A stretch of DNA of 64,000 bases from Eledone cirrhosa (lineage: Eukaryota), in the NCBI GenBank assembly GCA_964016885.1, contig OZ024757.1, forward strand, positions 41,788,001 through 41,852,000. Reading direction: 5' to 3'. Position numbers and translations under genes: made by a program. Under the pieces are notes generated by a model that saw only the letters and a list, made by a program, of their open reading frames with translations, was not told the DNA's origin and searched no databases. This document shows, one piece after another, positions 54,176-64,000 of this stretch; the stretch's first letter is position 1, and each line of letters opens with the position of its first letter.

Positions 54176-56460
54176 ATCATCATCATCATCATCATCACCG
54201 TTTTACGTCCGTTCTTCCACGCTAGCATGGGTTAGACGGGTTGTCCTGTTGTGGGCAGTGTCTGGTCGGCTGACCATGCCTTGCTCATACAGGAACTGAT
54301 CTGGCTTGATTTCTACAGCTGGATGCCCTTCCTAACACCAACCTCATTTACAGTGAGTGCTGGGTGCTTTTTCGTGGCGCCTACACGTCCACTTTACAGT
54401 GTGGGCTGGGTGCTTTTTTGCCGTGGCACCTCCACGACCACCTTGCGGTGGGGGGGGGGGGGGGGGGGCATATTGTTTATATGCTTCAGCATGTACCCAT
54501 GGGAGGTCGGGTACCCTGTATTACTGCGTGACGCCAGAAGTCACGGTCGTGTGTCATTGACTTTGAGAGGTGTAGTTGGGTAAGGTCGGCTTTTATCACC
54601 TCATCCCAAGTCATCTTGGGTCTCCCCACTCCGCGGTTTCCATCAACTTCTAGTGCTCTGCACCTTTTTATGTAGCTGTCATCCTTCATACGCATCACAT
54701 GTCCATACCAGCGTAACCGCCTCTCCTGCACGCAGCATTTGATTCCTCTTATGCTCAGTCTCTCTCTCAATTCATTTATGCTTTGTCGTTCACGTATATT
54801 ACTGTTACACATCCATCGGAGCATGCAGGCTTCGTTTCTCTCTAATCTACGTAAGTCTTCCACCTTCAGCGCCCAGGTCTCACTACCATGCAACATCGCT
54901 GTTCGGATACACGCATCATACAGTCTGCCTTTCATTCTGAGGGAGAAGCCTTTTGCAGCTAGCAGTGGTAGTAGTTCCCTAAACTTCTTCCATCCCGTTC
55001 TTACCCTAGTTATTGTACTTTCTGAGCACCCACCTCCGTTGCTAATTCGGTCACCTAGGTAGCAGAAGCTGTCTACTGTTTCTACAGGGCCCTCCCAGAG
55101 ATTGGTGGTACTTGTTTCCTGTGGCTGTTTGCTTGCTGTTTCAGCACAGCTGCTGCATGTGAATCCTACATTCTTAATTAAGCTTCCTGAGATCCCGCTA
55201 CATCTCTTGTGTACCCATTGTTTGCATTTGGGGCAAAGAATGGAGTTCCTACCTACACCTTTCCAACATACTGAGCAAGGCCATTTCCCTGAGGGGATCT
55301 GGGTTCTGTTTTCTCGTCTACTTATAAGGACCTTAGTCTTTGTCATGTTGACTTTGAGGCCCTTTCTCTCTAGTCCCTGCTTCCAGGTTTGGAATTTATT
55401 CTCTAGTTCTACCATAGATTCAGCTATGAGTGCGAGGTCATCAGCATACAGGAGTTCCCATGGGCATCCGGTCTTAAACTCCTCCGTTATTGCCTGCAGG
55501 ACTATGATGAACAGGAGAGGGCTAAGAACAGAGCCCTGGTGGACCCCAACCTGTACGCTAAATTCCTCGCTATACTCATTGCCAATCCTAACTTTGCTGA
55601 CTGCTCCCCTATACATGGCTTGTACCGCTTTCACAAGCCATTCATCTACTCCTAGTTTTCTAAGAGCCCACCAGATTACTGCACGTGGAACTCTGTCAAA
55701 GGCTTTCTCAAGGTCGACAAATGCCAAGTAGAGTGGCTTACTTTTAGCTAGGTACTTTTCCTGTAATTGCCTCACAAGGAAGAGCGCATCAGTGGTGCCT
55801 TTCCCTGGTACAAACCCAAATTGCATCTCGTCTATATTCACCCGGTCCCTAATCAGCTGTGCTATAACTCTTTCTGTTACTTTCATGACCTGGTCCATCA
55901 ACTTTATACCTCTATAGTTTCCTCTATCTAGTGCATCGCCTTTACCTTTGTAGCAGTTGACAATGATGCTACTGCACCAATCTTTTGGTATGGCCCCCTC
56001 TAGTATTACCTGGTTAACGATACGTGTGGTTATAGTGTGACCTACAGACCCAGATGCCTTCAGCATCTCGGCAGCTATACCCGATGGACCGGTTGCCTTC
56101 CCTATCTTCATATCTCTGATTGCCTTACTTACTACGCTGCCGCTGACTTGTACTGCTGGTCCCTCTATAGGGTCTACGTGGGGTAGGGTCTCTTCTTCCC
56201 ATGCATTCTCCTCATTTAGTAATCTATCATAATGACTCTTCCATGCATCTTTCTTCTCAGCACTTGTGAGGGCAAGCTCACCTTTATCATTCCGGATACA
56301 CTTCTCTCCAATGACATCACAACTATCTCTGACACACTGCCTCGCAATCTTGAATACCTCCTGTTTCTGGTCCTCACGTTGTAAAACATGCTTGAATTTT
56401 CTATCCTCTGCTTCCCTCCTAGCTAAGTATACTTGTCGCCTAGCTTCCCTCTTGGTCTCT
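54176..56460 (-). mobile_element. 5'-truncated RTE-clade LINE, recent insertion
   Basis: Uninterrupted RT ORF, ~310-bp 3' UTR, (GAT)n tail. The 5' junction is in (TA)n. Confidence 0.97.
54486..56459 (-). CDS. Partial ORF2: reverse transcriptase with PHD-like Cys/His finger; endonuclease domain missing
   Basis: KGKGD..NYRGIKL, QFGF, FVDLEKAFD, GVHQGSVLSPLLF, LLYADD, C4HC3 motif. The N-terminal residues of the listed ORF derive from microsatellite. Confidence 0.95.
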   Translation of the reverse strand, partial: ETKREARRQVYLARREAEDRKFKHVLQREDQKQEVFKIARQCVRDSCDVIGEKCIRNDKGELALTSAEKKDAWKSHYDRLLNEENAWEEETLPHVDPIEGPAVQVSGSVVSKAIRDMKIGKATGPSGIAAEMLKASGSVGHTITTRIVNQVILEGAIPKDWCSSIIVNCYKGKGDALDRGNYRGIKLMDQVMKVTERVIAQLIRDRVNIDEMQFGFVPGKGTTDALFLVRQLQEKYLAKSKPLYLAFVDLEKAFDRVPRAVIWWALRKLGVDEWLVKAVQAMYRGAVSKVRIGNEYSEEFSVQVGVHQGSVLSPLLFIIVLQAITEEFKTGCPWELLYADDLALIAESMVELENKFQTWKQGLERKGLKVNMTKTKVLISRRENRTQIPSGKWPCSVCWKGVGRNSILCPKCKQWVHKRCSGISGSLIKNVGFTCSSCAETASKQPQETSTTNLWEGPVETVDSFCYLGDRISNGGGCSESTITRVRTGWKKFRELLPLLAAKGFSLRMKGRLYDACIRTAMLHGSETWALKVEDLRRLERNEACMLRWMCNSNIRERQSINELRERLSIRGIKCCVQERRLRWYGHVMRMKDDSYIKRCRALEVDGNRGVGRPKMTWDEVIKADLTQLHLSKSMTHDRDFWRHAVIQGTRPPMGTC

Positions 56461-56655
56461 ATGTATATATATATATATATATATATACATACATACATAC
56501 ATACATACATGGAGTGTACAACTGCATGCATGTATGTATATATATATACCCATGAAATGTATGTCTGCATTTATATATATGTATATTTTTATATATACAT
56601 ACATGGAGTATACGACTGCAAGTATATATATGTATGTTTATATGTCTATACATAC

Positions 56656-56686
<31 letters not shown>

Positions 56687-56884
56687 GTGAGAGAGGAAGT
56701 GAGAAAGAAATATAGAGGAACAATTGACCCCACTAGTTTACTGGTACTTTTTTGTCAATCATAAATGGATGAAAGGTAAAGTTGACTTCGGTGGGGATTT
56801 GAACTCAGAGACCAGAGATCAGAATCAAATATCACAAAAATTGATATCAGCTCAACTGAGCTCCTGAAAAGCTGCTGATTGATG

Positions 56885-57187
56885 ACTTTGAGGGTGTGAT
56901 TCACACGAGATGCATGCACTGGTACATCCATGTTGAGTGTAGAGAGTGCTGGATCAGTAAAGTGATGAATGTCAGTCCAGGAGGAAGTAGAAGCCCAGGA
57001 AGACCAAAAAGGACTTGGATGGAGGATGTCCGTCGGTATCAAGCTAGGCTTGGCCTGGCCCAAGTGAGACCGGTGAACAGAAACACATGGAGCGGGACAC
57101 TAGAGAGAACTGTCAGGCAGGACCCACCCCTACTTAGGGATTAACTGTGTCCTGCATAATCAAAAACTAGATGACGATGATGATGAC
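56885..57187 (+). pseudogene. Decayed RTE-like 3' fragment nested in a Meta-like SINE (56715-57235)
   Basis: WYIHVE...GSRSPGRPKRTWMEDV, with a (GAT) tail. Confidence 0.65.
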
Positions 57188-58381
57188 AAAGTACTCCTCT
57201 ATCTGATGCTCTAACAACTCTGCCAAGTCGTCCTCCTACATCAAACCTATGACCGACACCCTAAACACTGAGCCACACAACTCCTACTCTAAAATATAAC
57301 AGCTTTTCAGGCAAGTAATTTGTTATTCTCAGTCGTAATGAAAAATTAGTTTGCTAAAATGATCGCTAGTTTAATTAATTAGTTTCTACATAATTGAATA
57401 TGTCTAAGCTATAACTAATTGACATAAGATTTGGGTTTTATTTTTAAAAAAATAACCTTTATAAAAAAAACAACAGAAAAACAAGAAAAAAATACAATAA
57501 AATATAATACAATTTTTTTAAAGATGTTTATTAAAAGTTTAACAATTTTTCTGAAGAAAAGAAAATATTTTTACAAATATTTGAAAAAAAAAATTTTTTT
57601 TTTGTTGTTAGGTGGGAGGGTTGGTTTTTTTAAATGATTATTTTTAAATTTCTGTAGTAAAAATACATACGTTGTTGGTTTGTAGGAATTTCTTCTTTAG
57701 CTTTTTTTGACATTCTGAGTAAGATTAATTCGAAAAGGTTCCTTGTAGGAGATTCTAGGGTCAAATATAGAACACAGAAATGTTATAAGACATTCTACCC
57801 AGTAGTTGTAAATTATATTGTATATGGCAAAAGTGTTGGAAGGACCTTTTAGTTTTCTCAAGGACAGCCTCACTAGTGTTGGTGACATGAAGGGCATCAA
57901 GCCAGAAAAAGTTTGCCAAACAAAGGATTATCTGCATGATAAATGACCACCCAGTACATGCTGTAAAGTGGTTGGTGTTAGGGGGGAGGGTCTCCAGCTG
58001 TAGAAAGCTTACCAAATAAAGGGTCAGGATGACCTTTTAGTTCTGACAAAGACAAGACAACCTTCGTAGAGTTATGATCTACATGATAAATGACCACCCA
58101 GTACACTCTGTAATGTGGTTGATGATAGGAGGGGTCTCCAGCAGTAGAAAACTTGCCAAAGAAAGGGTTGGGATGACCCTCAGTTAGTAGCAAGGACATG
58201 ACAACCTTCCTAGTGTTGGTCATCTACATGATAAATGCACCCAGTACACTCTGTAAAGTGGTTGGTGAAATGTTGGAAACGAGTTCATAGCTTTGAAGTT
58301 ATGAACTGTTTGAAACAAGTTCAAACATGTTGGGATGAGTTATCTCATTTGCAGCACTGAAGAGGTTAATGGGCAACAGTT

Positions 58382-59029
58382 TTAACCTTTTAGCATTTAC
58401 ATTACTCTATATATACTATTGTATTTTCACAGTAAAGGCTTTACCTCACATAATATCTCACATAACATTTACATTACTCTATATATACTATTGTATTTTC
58501 ACAGTAAAGGCTTTACCTCACATAATATCTCACATAACATTTACATTACTCTATATATACTATTGTATTTTCACAGTAAAGGCTTTACCTCACATAATAT
58601 CTCACATAACATTTACATTACTCTATATATACTATTGTATTTTCACAGTAAAGGCTTTACCTCACATAATATCTCACATAACATTTACATTACTCTATAT
58701 ATACTATTGTATTTTCACAGTAAAGGCTTTACCTCACATAATATCTCACATAACATTTACATTACTCTATATATACTATTGTATTTTCACAGTAAAGGCT
58801 TTACCTCACATAATATCTCACATAACATTTACATTACTCTATATTTACTATTGTATTTTTGTGGTAAAGATTTTATCTCACATAATATTGGATCTACGAA
58901 ATTTCAATGTTATTTATTTTGAGAACAATACCTTAAAGTTAGTATAAGCAGCCAGTCATGGCCAGTTTGAACAGAAAGAGGTGAGAAAATTCTGGCCAGA
59001 TATGTCCAGTTTAAATACTAAAGGGTTAA
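58382..59029. mobile_element. piggyBac-like MITE with ~7 internal 72-bp units
   Basis: TTAA-CCTTTTAGCATTTA...TAAATACTAAAGGG-TTAA. Confidence 0.82.
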
Positions 59030-59423
59030 TGGTCAGTATATTTAATGGTTAATAAATTTAATAGCTACGTACTACAATGTTTAAAGGTCAACATATTTGT
59101 TCGTCTTCTCTACAAAATAAATATAAATTCAATGGAACATTCCACTTGGTTTTCCTGATTTTCTAATTAACCCTTCCAGAGTGGGGGGGGGGGGTTCTTC
59201 CCCTACCCCACCCCCACCATGTATCAACATCTTTCCACTCTTATCTTTTAATTAATTTCTCTACATATCTGTTTAGCTACGTTTCTTCTCTCTCTCTCTC
59301 TCCCTCTCTCTCTCTCTCTCCCTCTCTCTCTCAATATCCTCTCCCTCCCTCAATCTCCTTTCTTCTCTCTCTCACTCTTTTCTCTTCATCTTTCTCTTTT
59401 AATCTTTAATTTATATATTTATA

Positions 59424-59464
<41 letters not shown>

Positions 59465-59515
59465 GTATATATATATATTTATATATATGTATATATATAT
59501 ATATTTATATATATG

Positions 59516-59546
<31 letters not shown>

Positions 59547-59547
59547 G

Positions 59548-59583
<36 letters not shown>

Positions 59584-59848
59584 TATATATATGTATATAT
59601 ATATATTTATATATATGTATATTTATATATATATGTATATTTATATATATGTATATTTATATATATGTATATTTATATATATGTATATTTATATACATGT
59701 ATATATATATATATATACATGTATATATATTTATATACATGTATATATATATGTATATATATTTATATACATGTATATAAATATATATACATGTATACAT
59801 GTATATAAATATATATATATACATGTATATAAATATACATATATATAC

Positions 59849-59900
<52 letters not shown>

Positions 59901-61457
59901 GTATATAAATATATATATATATATATACACATGTATATAAATATACATATATATACATGTATATAAATATATATATATATATATACATGTATATAAATAT
60001 ATATATATATATATACATGTATATAAATATATATATATATACATATATATACATATATATAAATATATATATATATATATAAAATTATATATTTTATTTT
60101 ACTTTACTATCTTCACTTAAAATTCTATTAAACTTCCAACTTTCAACTTTACTTCAACTCCTTTTGATGTTTGTTTTCCTTTCATTTCATTCATTACTTA
60201 ACTAACTTTCCTTTAATTATTTCATTTTTAACAATCTTTTATTTCTAGAAATTTTTTTTCAAATTTATTTTAGTTTTTTTTTTACGTTTACAATACTTTT
60301 TAATATCTTAACTTTTAATTGCTATTTTTATATATATATATTTGTGTGTTAGTGTGTCTTAGTGTGTGTGTGTGTGTGTATAAGCTACTTAAAAAGTTTA
60401 CTTTACCCACAAAAAAAAAATGAAATTCATGTAAAGTTATTTAGTGCAAATTATGACATGACAAAAACCACCCAGTCCACCTTGTAAGGAGGTTATGCTG
60501 GTACCACAACAAAAAATACCCAGTCCACTCTGTAAGGTGGTCATACTGGTGGCATGACAAAAACCACTTAGCCTACACTGTAAGGTTGTTGTGCTGATGT
60601 CAATAAAAAGCACCCTATACTCACTGTGAATGAGGTTGGCATTAGGAAGGGCATCCAGCTTTAGGAACTAAGCCAAAATCAGTTCTGTATGAGCAAGACA
60701 TTGTCACCTGACCTGGCATTGCCCACAACAGGATAACTCATCTAACCCATGCTAGCATGGAAAAATGGACATAAAACGGTGATAATGATATATATATATG
60801 CTGGCTGCAGAGGAAGACCATGAAAATCATAGGCAGATGTGGTGAGAGCTGTACAGTGCTCAGGTGCACTACAACTGTTTTAGAAGTGGCAACAACACAG
60901 GTGAGGCCTAAATATTTGTTATTTTATCATAAAAGTAATTCTTTCAACAAACATCTGAGTAGGAACTGGTCTCTCTTATATTCTTAGGTAAATATTGGTT
61001 TTATGTCTGCCGATATGTGTCTAGTGTTGTTATTGTTGGTGGTGGTGGTGGTGTTGTTGTTGGTGGTGGTGTTGGTGTTATTGGTGGTGGTGGTGTTATT
61101 GTTGGAGGTGTAGGTGTTGTTGTTGTTGTTGGTGGTGGTAGTGTTGTTATTGTTGGTTTTGTTGGAGGTGGTGTTGCTGTTGTTGTTGTTGTTGGGGGTG
61201 GTGGTGGTGTTGTTGGTGTTATTGTTGTTGTTTTTGTTGTTGGAGGTGGTGGTGTTGTTGGTGGTAGTCTTATTGTTGTTGTTTTTGTTGTTGGAGGTGG
61301 TGGTGGTGTTGTTGTTGGAGGTAGTAGTGGTGGTTTTGGTGTTGTTGTTGTTACTGGTAATGGCAGGGGAGTGTAGATGTTGTAGTGGTTGTTGTTGTTG
61401 TTATTGTTGCAGATTTTTTTTTACTGTTGCTACTGCTGCTGTTGATGTTATTTCACA

Positions 61458-61543
<86 letters not shown>

Positions 61544-61805
61544 TGTTGTCCCAAATGGCTTTAAAATGGAAATTACATTAATAACATGAATATTATGGAT
61601 GGTTAGATATGTGGATGGGTGGTTGGGTGGTAGGGTGGTAGGGTGGCTGGGGGGACCCTTAATCGACCTAAAGAGACCGAGGTTGTTGTATTTGGTTCTT
61701 CTGTCACAAACATCAGAGAATTCACACAGATGGAATGGTTTTTCATCTGCAGATAGATTTTTCAAAGCAACATTTTCACTTGCATCAAATGTGTATATAT
61801 GTGTG

Positions 61806-61862
<57 letters not shown>

Positions 61863-61905
61863 ATGTGTATATATATACATATCTGACTAGCATCAAATAT
61901 TTATG

Positions 61906-61936
<31 letters not shown>

Positions 61937-62253
61937 CTGTGCATATATGTATATATATATATGTGTGTGTATGAGTGTGTGTGTGTGTGTGTATATATAT
62001 ATGTATGTATATATATATATATAGTAAGATCAACACAATCATGTTCCCTTTATCCTATAGTGGAATGTAGAGAGAATGAAGCAGTTTTCAGCAATAAGTG
62101 AAATACATTAAATAAATTGACTTAACTTGGACAAATGTAATCTTTTTGATTCCAATGATTGAAGTGTTGAGGCAAGTAACAGGGAGAAAAAACAATTATA
62201 TATATATATATATATATATATCTTGTGTATATTATATATATATATATCTTGTG

Positions 62254-62348
<95 letters not shown>

Positions 62349-62352
62349 TGTG

Positions 62353-62396
<44 letters not shown>

Positions 62397-62757
62397 TGTG
62401 TATATAATATATATATATATATATATATATCTTGTGAATATAATATATATATATATATTGTGTATATATTATATATATTGTTGATAATATACAATGTGAA
62501 CAATATATATAATATATATAGTACATGTAATATATACAATACATATGATATATATATAATATATAACTTAATATATATATAATATAATATATATAACATA
62601 CTAGATATAATATATAACATAAAATATATATAATATATGAAATATACAGTATATACAATATATATATAATATATACAATATATATATATATATATATACA
62701 CATACATTTAGGTATATACATTCATGTATGTGTATACATGAATGTATATACATTCAT

Positions 62758-62788
<31 letters not shown>

Positions 62789-63298
62789 ATGCTGGTAATA
62801 CTCAAATGTAAAACTCCATGATTAATCACTATATAATCGATTTTCTCTCCACTCTCCCTCCCTCTCACCCTTCTCCTTCCCTCACTCCCCTCTCCCTCCC
62901 TCACTTCCATTTCCCTCCCTCACCCCTCTCTCCCTCCCTCACCCCCTCACTCCCTCCTCCCCATAAATTACTGGCCCTGTGACAATGTTAGAAACAAAGA
63001 AAAATTCTTCTTCTGACATATTATGTCATTGATGTCCCCTTAGTGGAACTCTTTTGTACTTGTTCCGCCTTCTTTCAATGGCACCACCATTACAGTGTCT
63101 AGTATTGTTGGTTATATTTTCTTGTCATGGTTTATTGTAGGAAGGGAATTAGCAGAGTCTGATGAGATTTAGTTAAGAATATCAACTGGGATATGATCTG
63201 TCTGTTGGTCTCTCTCACTTCTTCTGAATTCAATTGCTGCCAACAGCTGAAAATAACTTGGCTTTTCATGTGAGTTATATATATATATATATATATAT

Positions 63299-63414
63299 AG
63301 AAAAAGGTTCAGGACCCCGACAGCAGAGCTCAAGCCGTTTCAACGGCTATTTGAGTTCAGAAATAGTCGTCAAAATGGCTTGAGCTCTGATGTTGGGGTC
63401 CTAAACCTTTTCCT
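63299..63414. mobile_element. Family H fold-back (two opposed HHR 3' halves)
   Basis: 63299-63352 is approximately the reverse complement of 63361-63414. TA-flanked. Confidence 0.85.
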
Positions 63415-63690
63415 ATATATATATATAGAGAGAGAGAGAGGTTTAGGATCTTGTCGATTGATTCCATCAATATATATATATATATGTATATATATGTGTG
63501 TGTCCTCTTCCTGCTATATCAAGCATTAAACTAATATATCCCTTCCATATACTGTACCGATTGTGTTGTCATTTCTGTTTACCTTCTACATATATATATA
63601 TGAATGTATATGTATGTTTATATATGCATATGTATGTATATATATGTATATGTATGTATGTTTATATATATATATATATATATGTGTTTA

Positions 63691-63749
<59 letters not shown>

Positions 63750-64000
63750 TCATATATATGTATGTTTATAATATATAGGTGTATATGGCTATATCAATGT
63801 TTGCATTATTCCACTTTAAGTTCTCATCAACAACATCTCCATGGTAATATGTCATTGTATATTTACTTTAATATCTGCCATTAATATGACAGTGAAAGAG
63901 CTTCCCTTTTTCAATCCACCATTTTCAATCCATTTTCTCGTGTTTATAATTCCAGACATTCTCATCAAACTATTTAAAATTCCTTCTACAATCTTACAAT

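Noticed and set aside
55102-55731. 209-aa plus-strand ORF
   Set aside because: Antisense shadow of the RTE reverse transcriptase ORF.
58369-58947. 192-aa repeat protein
   Set aside because: It is the 72-bp tandem array inside the piggyBac-like MITE.
61017-61581. Gly/Val-rich ORFs
   Set aside because: (GGT/GTT)n low-complexity repeat.
61670-61790. EKPFHLCEFSDVC zinc-finger-like peptide
   Set aside because: Cys/His spacing does not fit C2H2, and there are no flanking fingers or clear splice sites.
63159-63200. CTGATGA hammerhead core (likewise 33603, 53865, 58357)
   Set aside because: No properly placed GAAA, stem III or stem I partner.

Overview
AT-rich eukaryotic non-coding DNA, most likely a cephalopod (octopus-like) genome, inferred from the extreme (TA)n/(CA)n load and the SINE/RTE repertoire. 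Almost every long ORF in the track is a microsatellite artefact and no host gene can be called confidently. The only real coding sequences are two 5'-truncated, near-identical RTE-clade LINE copies (54176-56460 minus, 36181-37371 plus) plus decayed LINE remnants. Also present: tRNA-derived SINEs (CORE-like, some with the RTE 3' tail, and Meta-domain-like), piggyBac-like and mariner-like MITEs, and several minisatellites. The main hidden signal is a set of at least ten unrelated short sequence families inserted into (TA)n tracts. They carry type I hammerhead ribozyme (HHR) motifs, folded by eye, with canonical CUGANGA...GAAA...NUH cores and with U4A (CAGAAGA) and U3-A8 (UUGACAA) core variants. 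Several have palindromic stem III and one shows compensatory stem I changes. Copies occur as fold-back palindromes or partial tandem repeats, and one ends at the predicted cleavage site. This matches Penelope-like retroelement pseudo-LTRs or non-autonomous retrozyme-like elements that target TA microsatellites. Ribozyme activity and family identities are untested inferences.
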